DNA of 52,629 bases from Nitrococcus sp. (GTDB lineage: Bacteria > Pseudomonadota > Gammaproteobacteria > Nitrococcales > Nitrococcaceae), in assembly GCA_030452265.1 (NCBI GenBank), contig JAKDMQ010000001.1, positions 1-52,629 of the forward strand, given 5' to 3'. A model generated the notes under the pieces. The model saw only the letters and a program-made list of their open reading frames with translations, was not told the DNA's origin and made no database searches. Position numbers and translations under genes: made by a program. Shown one piece after another: positions 19,850-28,312 of this stretch (the first letter of the stretch is position 1; each line of letters begins with the position of its first letter).

Positions 19850-19985
19850 TCCATGCCAAAGTGCGCTATGTTACCAGTAGATGTTCGAGGATTGATGGCA
19901 TGGCTGTAGGAACGGCTTGCGTTCAAGCGGCTCTTGCGGCCGCGCCGGGGCTGCTCCTATTTTGGTGTAGCGTAGGAGGCTCGGG

Positions 19986-20321
19986 ATGGAGACGCTTGTG
20001 ATCTTTCTGCGGCTCGAGATGTGGCTTTTGCTTGCAAGCCTGCTCTTGATCGTGGCCTACCAAATTCTGACGGGGCGAATCAACACCGCAAAAATGTTGT
20101 GTGATAAACGGACTCACGATTTCAGTTCGGGACGTGTCCAACTGCTTACGTTCACCCTCATTGGTGTGCTCCAGTACGTGCTGCAAGTGGCGCATGATCC
20201 AACGAAGTTGCCGGATGTTCCCGAAGAATTGCTCCTGCTCTTGGGCGGGAGTAACGTGTTGTATCTTGCGGGCAAAGCCTCCCCATTGTTGGCCTTGGCT
20301 CGTCGAAGCCCAGAACCCTAA
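19986..20321 (+). CDS. Small hypothetical membrane protein (about 3 TM)
   Basis: Hydrophobic segments; TGRIN.AK, S.GRVQLL.FT, KLPDVP..L..LLG.S...Y...K. Confidence 0.7.
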   Translation: METLVIFLRLEMWLLLASLLLIVAYQILTGRINTAKMLCDKRTHDFSSGRVQLLTFTLIGVLQYVLQVAHDPTKLPDVPEELLLLLGGSNVLYLAGKASPLLALARRSPEP

Positions 20322-20330
20322 CGGTTAGGT
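20315..20330 (+). other. Collapsed attC-like core (R''/R' boxes fused)
   Basis: ACCCTAAC-G-GTTAGGT. The upstream stop TAA lies inside the CCTAAC box, and the next gene's RBS follows GTTAGGT closely. Confidence 0.4.
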
Positions 20331-20353
20331 GCCAAAGCAAGGAGAATGGTCAA

Positions 20354-20725
20354 ATGCAAACTCTTGCTCTAGTGATGGGTTGGATAATCGCTATTGTAAT
20401 GGGTTTCCTTGGGCTCGCGATCGTGTGGTTTATCTTCACTGGCAAGATCAACCTGGCGAAACTTATCAGTGAGCCAAATGGTGATGCGAGCCTGTCACGC
20501 TTCCAATTTCTGATCTTTACCTTTGTCATTTCCATGAGTGTGTTTTTGGTTGTTGTTGGCAACGCTCCGCTGAAACTCCCGGAGATCCCCACTGGGATCT
20601 ATGCGCTCCTAGGTATCAGCGGTGGCTCTTATGCGATTTCCAAGGGAATCCAGGTGAGTAGAGATGCGCGCTCGCGAGAGGTCGGTAGTGATACGCCACC
20701 ACCTAGCTCAGGGACTCCGACGTAA
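20354..20725 (+). CDS. Small hypothetical membrane protein, paralogue of the upstream gene
   Basis: TGKIN.AK, SLSRFQFLIFT, KLPEIP..I..LLGIS..SY..SK. RBS AAGGAG. Confidence 0.75.
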   Translation: MQTLALVMGWIIAIVMGFLGLAIVWFIFTGKINLAKLISEPNGDASLSRFQFLIFTFVISMSVFLVVVGNAPLKLPEIPTGIYALLGISGGSYAISKGIQVSRDARSREVGSDTPPPSSGTPT

Positions 20726-21320
20726 AGCTCGGTGACCCCAGAGCAGCGGCCACACGCGCGCGCAAATCGGGCAGCAATTCGTCCTCGAACCACGGATTGC
20801 GTCTGAGCCACATCTGATTTCGGGGGCTGGGGTGGGGCAGCGGTAGTCGGCCGTCTTTCAGATATTCCCGCCACCCCTTTACGGTATCGGTCAGCGTGCG
20901 CCCACGCTGATCGCCGAGGAGGCCGTTCTGTGCATATTGGCCGATAACCAGGGTCAGGCGCACATCCGTTAGCAGCGGCAGCAATCGAGGATGCCAAGTC
21001 GGCGCACATTCCGGGCGCGGCGGTAAATCGCCGCTTTTGCCGGTGCCGGGAAAGCAGAATCCCATCGGTATGATGGCCACACGGTTCGGGTCGTAGAAAG
21101 TCGCGTCATTGACACCCATCCATGCGCGCAGACGGTTGCCGCTGGGGTCGTTGAAGGGAATACCGGTCTCGTGGACTTTGCGCCCCGGGGCCTGGCTGAC
21201 GATCAACACCCGCGAACCGCTGGCCGCCTGTACGACGGGCCGCGGGCCTAGTGGTAGATATGCCTTGCAAATCTGGCAGGCGCGAATATCGGTTAGGACG
21301 CGATCAATTTGGGTGGACAT
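20703..21320 (-). CDS. Uracil-DNA glycosylase superfamily protein
   Basis: CQIC, SQAPG, PFNDPSG.RLR.W, MGFCFPG, DLPPRPEC and LPHPSPRN motifs. Confidence 0.88.
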   Translation of the reverse strand: MSTQIDRVLTDIRACQICKAYLPLGPRPVVQAASGSRVLIVSQAPGRKVHETGIPFNDPSGNRLRAWMGVNDATFYDPNRVAIIPMGFCFPGTGKSGDLPPRPECAPTWHPRLLPLLTDVRLTLVIGQYAQNGLLGDQRGRTLTDTVKGWREYLKDGRLPLPHPSPRNQMWLRRNPWFEDELLPDLRARVAAALGSPSFTSESLS

Positions 21321-21657
21321 TGTGTGCGACAGTCAAGACTTGAAACTGGGGATTGAACCGGGCCGACATTAGCTTGATGGCGGGTGGCCGATCGGTTATC
21401 AGCATATACAGATGATACAAGCTGACGAAACCAACCGTGATATAAAGCGGAGGGTCGTGGCCTCGCTCGCGCATGCAAGCACCTCGAACGGCAGCTTTGG
21501 GTGGCAAGCAGCCGGTGACCGCCAGTGGCGACGCCCCCAGCGCCCGTATCGATTCGTTCCAGAGACTCTCCGATATGAGCCTGGCTGGCGTGCCTGTGGC
21601 CGGTCGAGTCTCCTGCCCCGATGTCTCATAGGTCAGCGCGAACACCGTGCTGGTCAT

Positions 21658-21981
21658 TCAGCGCCGGAACGACTCGTTGTCCATGGCCTTGCCCTTGAAG
21701 TCCACCTGCGCGTCCCCGTCGAGCTGCTTCTTGTAGATAGCCACGCTGGCGTCGAGTATGGGATCGCGCTGGTCGCGATTGACCCCGCCGAGATAGAGCG
21801 CCACGAATTCATCCCCCTGCGCCGGGCCGTACACTTGGTAGCCATCCAGCGCGGCTTTGAAGTCGTGCAGCTTGTTCGGGTCGGTCCCCTCCGCATGGAT
21901 CGTGGTGCGGTGGTAGGCGGCGACAGCCGTCTGGATGGTGTCCGCCTCGTTCATGAAATCGAGCAGGAAAACGTCATGCTT
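21658..21981 (-). pseudogene. hsdR: Fragment of a second, divergent HsdR
   Basis: KHDVFLLDFMNEADTI...TDPNKLHDFK..LD...VY...DFKGKA aligns with the segment LFVLDFFNTADDI...TDVNVLHELK..LD...VY...DFKIKA of the intact HsdR. Confidence 0.8.
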
Positions 21982-22034
21982 TAGCGGCAGCGCGTACGCA
22001 GGCCGCCGCAGGCTGTTGTTATCACGAGCATAGG

Positions 22035-22450
22035 CTACACATCTTCCTCAAGGCACTGACCATTCTCGCGCAGCCATTTCCGGGCACGTTCCATGTTGGC
22101 GGTCTGGGCGCTGACGATGCTCCAGAACCTCGGCGTGTGGTTCGCTTCGATCAGGTGCGCCAGTTCGTGAATCACCACGTAGTCGATCACGAACATGGGC
22201 GTCTTGATCAGGCGCCAGTTGAAGTTGACGTTGTCCTTGGCGGTGCAGGAGCCCCAGCGGTAGCGGTTGTCGACGATTCCGGAATGATTGAACTCAACGC
22301 CAAGCCGCATTGCGTGCGACCGCACCCGTGGAAGGATCTTCTCCCTGGCGCGGTCGAAATACCACCCGCGCAACACCTGCCTGCACCGGCCCGCATGCGA
22401 ACGGGGGATGAAGAATCGGTTGGCGAAGCGGATGCCGGCATCTTCTAGCT
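22035..22450 (-). pseudogene. YgjP/DUF45 (M48-like, SprT-like) metallohydrolase, 5' truncated
   Basis: RWGSCT, FNWRLI, IDYVVIHELAHL..NH...FW motifs. The N-terminal half is replaced by the end of hsdR. Confidence 0.8.
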
Positions 22451-22455
22451 TGGGG

Positions 22456-25400
22456 CTACATCTTCGCGCTGGTTTGGGCACTTGACAACGCCTTTTGTAC
22501 GCTGTGATAGAGCGCGGCACGGAACGCATCGTCGTGGGCATGCAGCTTGTAGAGCTCCAACTCCTCTTTCCGGCGGCGCAGCATCACGTCCTTCATGATC
22601 TTCTCGAAGGCAATGTTTCGGGAGTACGGATCAGGGTTTTCGCTGAACTTTTCGTCGAAGTCCGGATGCGCTCGAACGCTGTCGACAATGTTCAAGAACT
22701 TCACGCGCTGCTCTTCCGGCGTGGTGTTCCAGTCATTGAACCAACGCTCGTTGAAGGCACGAATGATGTCTTCTAGCGGATCATCCTGCACCTCGTTGCC
22801 GCGATGGCCCCGCGGGTTGGGGTTCTGGGCATACAACTCCGACTCCCCGGGATCCAGCTCGATGGGCTGCTGCAAGCGGGTGCGCTCCAGCCCGTAGGAT
22901 GACAGGTCCACGGCATCCAGCAGCTCGTCCAGGGCGTCCTGCCCTGGCTCGGTGACCTTCAGTTTCGGCACCAGAAACTTCAGGAACCAGAACAACTGCT
23001 CCCACGCCAGCACCTCGAAAGGCATGATTGATGCCATCTGGCCGTAAATCTTCACGAACTGCTTGGCCTTGATCTTGAAGTCGATTTTTTCCTTGTCTGC
23101 CAGTTCTAGCCCGGTGTCGAAGCGATCGGCGGCCGCATCGATCAGGCCACTGAGCTGTTGGGCATCCTCCCCGCCAAAGAAACGGGTGCAGAACTGCTCG
23201 ACCTCGGCCCACTCGTAGACGCCGACCTCATCCAGCGTACCTTTCAATTCGTGCAGCACGTTGACGTCGGTGGCTTCGGACAGGGTGGTGACGGTAAAGA
23301 AGGGGTCGAAGGCCGTCTTGATGTCGTCGGCGGTGTTGAAAAAGTCCAGCACGAACAGGTCTTCGGTGCGCTTGCCCAGTTTCGTCGCGGCACGATTCAG
23401 GCGCGACAAGGCCTGCACGGCCAGCACCGATTGCAGCTTCTTGTCCACGTACATAGCGGTGAGCTTGGGCTGGTCGAAGCCCGTCAGGTATTTGTTGGCG
23501 ACAATCAGCAGACGGAAGCTGTTTTCCACGTTTTGGCCATTGATCTTCATCGGCCTGCCCGTCTCGTCCTGGCCATCGAAGTAAAAGCGTGTCTTGTCCT
23601 CGGCAAAGCCGTTCAGCCCGGCCTCGCTGTAGTCGAAGCCGTCCACCTTCTTGTCACCGGAAAAGGCGATCAGCGCCTTGAAGGGATTGCCGCGCCGGTC
23701 GAGTTCGGCCCGCACCGCCTTGTAGTAGCGGATAGCGGCCTCGATGTTTTGCGTCACGATCATGCCGCGGCCACGGCCGCGCAGCTTCTTGGGGCTTACC
23801 ACCTGGCTCATGAAGTGCCCCACCATCACCTCGGCCTTGGTGTTGATGGTCTGCTGGCTGCGCTCCACAAAGGCGCGCAGTTTTTTCTGCGCCTTGGCGG
23901 TATCAAACAGCGGGTTGTCCTCGATGGACTTTTGAATCTCGTAATAGCTCTTGTAGGTGGTGTAGTTGGCCAGCACGTCGAGGATGAAACCTTCCTCGAT
24001 GGCCTGCTTCATGCTGTACAGGTGAAACGGCTTGAAGCTGCCGTCCGGCTGCTGGTTGCCGAACTTCTCCAGCGTGGTGTTTTTCGGCGTGGCGGTGAAG
24101 GCGAAATAGGAGGCATTGCCGCGCATCTTGCGCGCACGCATGGTCGCGAGGATCTTGTCCTGCGGGTCGTCGCTGTCCGCATCGTCTTCCTCGCTGCCGC
24201 CCGTGGCGCGGTTCATGGTGTCGTGGGCGGTCCCGCTCTGGCTGCTGTGGGCCTCGTCGATGATCACGGCGAAGCGCTGCTCGCTCAAGTCGGCGATGCC
24301 GTCGATGATGAAGGGGAATTTCTGGATGGTGGTGATGATGATCTTCTTGCCGTTTTCCAGCGCGGCCTTCAAATCCGCCGAGCGTGTGGCATGGGCGACG
24401 ATGTTCTTCACCTCGGAGAAATCACGGATGTTGTCGCGCAGTTGCTTGTCCAGCAGACGGCGATCGGTGACCACGATCACGCTGTCAAACAGCGGCACAT
24501 CCAGCGCCCGCGCGCCGGGCAGGCCAAGCTGCGCCGGATAGCTGTCGATCAACTGGTAGGCGGCCCAGGTGATGGAGTTGGACTTGCCGGAACCGGCCGA
24601 GTGCTGAATCAGATAGCTGTTGCCGACGCCGTGCTCGGCGGTATGGGCCAGCAGGCGGCGCACCACCTCAAGCTGATGGTAGCGCGGGAAGATCAGCGTC
24701 TTTTTCGCCAGCGGCGCGGGGCGCTCGCCTTCCAGCAGCACGAAATGCTGGATGATGCCGGCGAGGCTTGCGGGCTGGAACACTTCTTCCCACAGATAGG
24801 CCGTCTTGTGGCCGTTGGGGTTGGGCGGGTTGCCCGCGCCCTCGTTGTGGCCTTTGTTGAAGGGGAGAAAGAAGGTTTTGCCACCGGCCAGCTTGGTGGT
24901 CATCCACACGTCATCGGTGTCCGCCGTCATGTGCACCAGCACGCGGCCGAATTGCATCAAGGTCTGGGTGGCGTCGCGTTCGCGGTATTGCTTTTGCCCG
25001 TGGTAGCGCGCGCTCTGGCCGGTCCAGGCGTTTTTCAGCTCCAGCGTGACGATGGGCAGGCCGTTGACAAACAACACCATGTCCACCGATTCGTTGGGGT
25101 TGGCCAGCGAATGATGCACCTGCCGGGTGACGCTCCAGATATTGGCGGCGAAGTTATCGTGCACCCGTTGGGCGGAGCTGGCCAGCGGCTGCGGATACAT
25201 CAGTTCGAGGTGGGCATTCTCCACGGGCAGGCCCTTTTTCAGCAGATGCAGCAGGCCGTAACGCTTGAGGCGCTTGTCCAACTGCCCCGTGACCCGCGAG
25301 CGCCAGTCCGCCGGGTAGCGCTCGCGCAGTTTGTCCAGCGCCTTGCCTTGCGTGCTTTCGAGGAATTCCCAGGCCAGCCGGGTATCCAGCGCCAGCGTGG

Positions 25401-25539
25401 CATCAAAATCGGCTGGTTCACCCACTCGCCAAGGGCCGCTGGCCTTGTCACCGCCAGCCGCCAGCGCCTCGGTGGTGGTGCCGGTCAGGTGCCGACCGAT
25501 GGCCTGTTCCAGCGCGATTTCCTTGGTGTTGCTGACCAT
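22456..25539 (-). CDS. hsdR: Type I restriction endonuclease subunit R
   Basis: Nuclease motif DMVLFVNGLPIVTLELKN, Walker A HSAGSGKS, IIDEAH, FTATP, LTGFD and QALSRLNR. Confidence 0.95.
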   Translation of the reverse strand: MVSNTKEIALEQAIGRHLTGTTTEALAAGGDKASGPWRVGEPADFDATLALDTRLAWEFLESTQGKALDKLRERYPADWRSRVTGQLDKRLKRYGLLHLLKKGLPVENAHLELMYPQPLASSAQRVHDNFAANIWSVTRQVHHSLANPNESVDMVLFVNGLPIVTLELKNAWTGQSARYHGQKQYRERDATQTLMQFGRVLVHMTADTDDVWMTTKLAGGKTFFLPFNKGHNEGAGNPPNPNGHKTAYLWEEVFQPASLAGIIQHFVLLEGERPAPLAKKTLIFPRYHQLEVVRRLLAHTAEHGVGNSYLIQHSAGSGKSNSITWAAYQLIDSYPAQLGLPGARALDVPLFDSVIVVTDRRLLDKQLRDNIRDFSEVKNIVAHATRSADLKAALENGKKIIITTIQKFPFIIDGIADLSEQRFAVIIDEAHSSQSGTAHDTMNRATGGSEEDDADSDDPQDKILATMRARKMRGNASYFAFTATPKNTTLEKFGNQQPDGSFKPFHLYSMKQAIEEGFILDVLANYTTYKSYYEIQKSIEDNPLFDTAKAQKKLRAFVERSQQTINTKAEVMVGHFMSQVVSPKKLRGRGRGMIVTQNIEAAIRYYKAVRAELDRRGNPFKALIAFSGDKKVDGFDYSEAGLNGFAEDKTRFYFDGQDETGRPMKINGQNVENSFRLLIVANKYLTGFDQPKLTAMYVDKKLQSVLAVQALSRLNRAATKLGKRTEDLFVLDFFNTADDIKTAFDPFFTVTTLSEATDVNVLHELKGTLDEVGVYEWAEVEQFCTRFFGGEDAQQLSGLIDAAADRFDTGLELADKEKIDFKIKAKQFVKIYGQMASIMPFEVLAWEQLFWFLKFLVPKLKVTEPGQDALDELLDAVDLSSYGLERTRLQQPIELDPGESELYAQNPNPRGHRGNEVQDDPLEDIIRAFNERWFNDWNTTPEEQRVKFLNIVDSVRAHPDFDEKFSENPDPYSRNIAFEKIMKDVMLRRRKEELELYKLHAHDDAFRAALYHSVQKALSSAQTSAKM

Positions 25540-25556
25540 TGTTTTCCCCTCGGGTT

Positions 25557-27029
25557 TTACTCTTTTATCTTTGCTTGTGTAAATTCTGCCAGCACCGCCT
25601 TGCCCCTGGTGGTCAGGCGGTATGTTTGCGTCGGGCTTCGGGGCGAGTCGGGCTGGGTCATTTCAATCAGGCCATTGGCCAGTGCCGGATCCAGGTAACC
25701 ATGCTTGAAGTTGCCTCGATCTTTCAGGCCAATCTGCGCCATCAATTGCGCACGGTCCATGTCCCCTTCCAATCCCTGCAAAAGCGTCTTTACTTGATGG
25801 GTTACTTGATGGGTGCTTGCAGGGTACTTGTTAGGTGCTTGTTCGCTACCTGGCCGCCCAGTCGTGCTCGAAGCCGCATCCACGCTCACGACCTCCTTCA
25901 ACCACACCGTAAAACGAATCCCCGTCGCTATTTCGGTAATGCCAGGCTCAGGCAAGCCTTGCTCGCGGGCTTCGTCGAATATCCGCTTCACGCCGCTGCC
26001 CCATTGCTCGACCAGTTGCAGCTCGCGGAAAACTCGCGCAATCACCGGATTGCGGATGCGGGAAACACCGCTTTTCATATCGTCAATGGTCATGCCGGGC
26101 ATCAAGAGCCCGGGGCTTTCGACGTCAATGCGATTGTCAAAAAAGGCCACGCGAATGGGGCTGCCACGCTGCGAATAGTCGGCGTGTACCAGCGCGTTGA
26201 CCAACACTTCACGCAACATGGTGACAGGAATGCTCCAGACGTCCTCACGCTGCAAAGCACCAAACCTGGCGCTTTTAAAGGCATGCTTTTGCAAAAACAG
26301 CTCTGTCTCCGCCAACGCAACCGGCAAGGGCTTGTAAATTTCCGTCTGATCGAAAATATGCACTTTTTCCGTGCCGCGAAAGCGGCCACACTGCACCCAG
26401 GCATCCGGGAAATAAAGTTCACGGTCTTTGCCGAACAGCAGCATGCCACCATGGGTAGGCACAAGCCGGCCCTGCTCGTGCTTGAGAATTTTCAGCGTTT
26501 GCAGAGCTTTGTCGGTAAGCTTGCGCTTATTGGCAAAAAGCTCTTGCGCCGCGTCCAGGTCCAGTGCGCTTTTATCAAGCTCGGACATGGGGGTTTCATC
26601 AAACACAATGCCCTGAGCACTGCGGTTGAGTTCGGCAATTAGATCGAGGCCAGCCTGTCGATTGGTAGAGCCAAGACGAATAAACACGCCGTTTTCAGGG
26701 CCCAACGCCTTGAGAAAATGCGGCCTGAAGCTACTTGGAAACACCTCGACAATCAGCAACGTCTTTCCTTCAACCGTGACCAAGTCCACGGTCGGCACCA
26801 GTCGTGGCTGAATGGAGTCGGCGATTAAATTGCAAATGCGCTCTTCTTCGGACAATGGATCAGGCACGCCAATAATTTGTTTGTTATCAGCGACGCCCAG
26901 CACCACACGACCACCAGCGGAATTGGCGAAGGCAACCAGGGTTTTCAGCACGCCACGAGGCGAGCGCAAATCCTGCTTGAAATCCAGCGTTTTGCCTTCG
27001 TGTTGTTGTAGCAGTGCGTCAATCATCAT
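25557..27029 (-). CDS. Schlafen/AlbA_2 + HATPase_c_4 (RecG-C-like) + wHTH protein embedded in the RM operon
   Basis: EGKTLDFK, VAFANSAGG..VLGVAD, REVLVNALVHADY, RNPVIA..F, EQWGSG and PDSPRSPTQTYRLT. ATGA overlap with hsdS. Confidence 0.85.
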   Translation of the reverse strand: MMIDALLQQHEGKTLDFKQDLRSPRGVLKTLVAFANSAGGRVVLGVADNKQIIGVPDPLSEEERICNLIADSIQPRLVPTVDLVTVEGKTLLIVEVFPSSFRPHFLKALGPENGVFIRLGSTNRQAGLDLIAELNRSAQGIVFDETPMSELDKSALDLDAAQELFANKRKLTDKALQTLKILKHEQGRLVPTHGGMLLFGKDRELYFPDAWVQCGRFRGTEKVHIFDQTEIYKPLPVALAETELFLQKHAFKSARFGALQREDVWSIPVTMLREVLVNALVHADYSQRGSPIRVAFFDNRIDVESPGLLMPGMTIDDMKSGVSRIRNPVIARVFRELQLVEQWGSGVKRIFDEAREQGLPEPGITEIATGIRFTVWLKEVVSVDAASSTTGRPGSEQAPNKYPASTHQVTHQVKTLLQGLEGDMDRAQLMAQIGLKDRGNFKHGYLDPALANGLIEMTQPDSPRSPTQTYRLTTRGKAVLAEFTQAKIKE

Positions 27030-28312
27030 ACGTCACTCATTTCGGTGCCGGACAGCCTGTCAGCGGTGACCTTGATCTTGCCCGTCACCGCCGCGTTGAT
27101 CAGGACGGCTTTGTATTCCTTGAGAGCGGTGATTCGGGATTGTTTGATGGAAATGGCTTTGTCGATCTCCCCGGCCTCGTTATCCACATGTGCGACAATC
27201 GCATCCTGCTCTTTGCGGCTTGGAAACGCGACAAACATTCCCAAGAACATATGAGGATAAAGGCGAAGGCGAGAGGAATGCAGCCCGGTTGATATTTTGT
27301 TGTATTGCTCGATGAACGGAGTGGTTCGCAGCAACCATTCTAGAAAGCGTCGATTGAATGATCTTTTCTGCACGGGTCGATAAACGCCGTACGACGGACT
27401 AACAATTCCCGTTGTGTCAGAAACACCCAAAGCGCCCATCCAGGCCCACATCGTATTGATAACAATGTCACCCGGCTGGCAAAGCTTGGAGCCAGTGTAA
27501 TCTTCGGCTAGAAACATGTTGACGTTTTTTTCTGAGCGAGCGGTTACTCCGGTTGTATGCGAAACCGACAGAAGTTCCTCGATTCCTTCCTCTGAACGCT
27601 CATTCACTTCACGGAACAAATATTTACCGCGCCGAACCTCCCAATGCGCGGGGATCTGGCCGATCCAGTCGATGCCGCTGTCTTTCAGGGGGGCGTTGGG
27701 GTTGAGGCCGCGGGTGACGGCCTGCTGGATGAGGATTTGCCGGCGCTCGCGCAGCAGCGTGATCTGCGCCTCCTTGATCCGCACCGCCTCGTCAATCGCC
27801 GCGCATTTTTTGTCCAGAAACGCCGCGATGGCGCGTTGTTCGGGGTGTGGAGGCAGCAAAAAGTCAATGTCCTTCAGTTTGCTGCGGGAAAGCTCAACGA
27901 ATGTCGTGCCTTGCCCGGCGGCTTCAAGGCGGACTTTCAGAGACATGATTAGCCAGTAGGCGAAGCTCTGCTCTACGTCTTCTTTGAGTCGTAACCCCTT
28001 GCAGCCCTGGTTGAAACAAAGCTCCTTTCCCGCAACCGCAATATGGCCGATGGGCGCGCGTGCAGAAAGGATAATAGTTCCCTTCGGCACGAGCGTAGTT
28101 CCACAGCTTTTATATCCAGAAAGCGTGAGGTTTTTCTCGCCGTAATAGATTTCGGTTGAACTCAGCTTGCCGAGATCAGCCGGACCGACCCAAGAAATGT
28201 CGCCGTCCCAGAAGTGTGTTGTACCTGACGCGGGTGTCGCACCATTGACGATATCGAAGCATGTCCAAATCTTTTGCCGTGACCAGCCTTCTAGATCCAG
28301 GTGGCGCGTCAT
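27026..28312 (-). CDS. hsdS: Type I RM specificity subunit
   Basis: Two TRDs separated by PPHPEQRAIAAFLD...AVTRGL..KDSGIDWIGQIPAHW; C-terminal PS..EQDAI...AVTGKIKV. Confidence 0.93.
   Translation of the reverse strand: MTRHLDLEGWSRQKIWTCFDIVNGATPASGTTHFWDGDISWVGPADLGKLSSTEIYYGEKNLTLSGYKSCGTTLVPKGTIILSARAPIGHIAVAGKELCFNQGCKGLRLKEDVEQSFAYWLIMSLKVRLEAAGQGTTFVELSRSKLKDIDFLLPPHPEQRAIAAFLDKKCAAIDEAVRIKEAQITLLRERRQILIQQAVTRGLNPNAPLKDSGIDWIGQIPAHWEVRRGKYLFREVNERSEEGIEELLSVSHTTGVTARSEKNVNMFLAEDYTGSKLCQPGDIVINTMWAWMGALGVSDTTGIVSPSYGVYRPVQKRSFNRRFLEWLLRTTPFIEQYNKISTGLHSSRLRLYPHMFLGMFVAFPSRKEQDAIVAHVDNEAGEIDKAISIKQSRITALKEYKAVLINAAVTGKIKVTADRLSGTEMSDV

Noticed and set aside
21480-21520. AACGGCAGCTTTGGGTGGCAAGCAGCCG, reminiscent of recurrent island spacer motifs
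   Set aside because: Single copy in the window with no clear dyad, and I cannot assign it to a defined site family.
23158-25698. 846-aa plus-strand ORF and other long antisense ORFs (28261-29451, 29548-30501, 34086-35375, 43585-44685)
   Set aside because: Shadow ORFs opposite strongly GC3-biased real genes, with no recognisable motifs.
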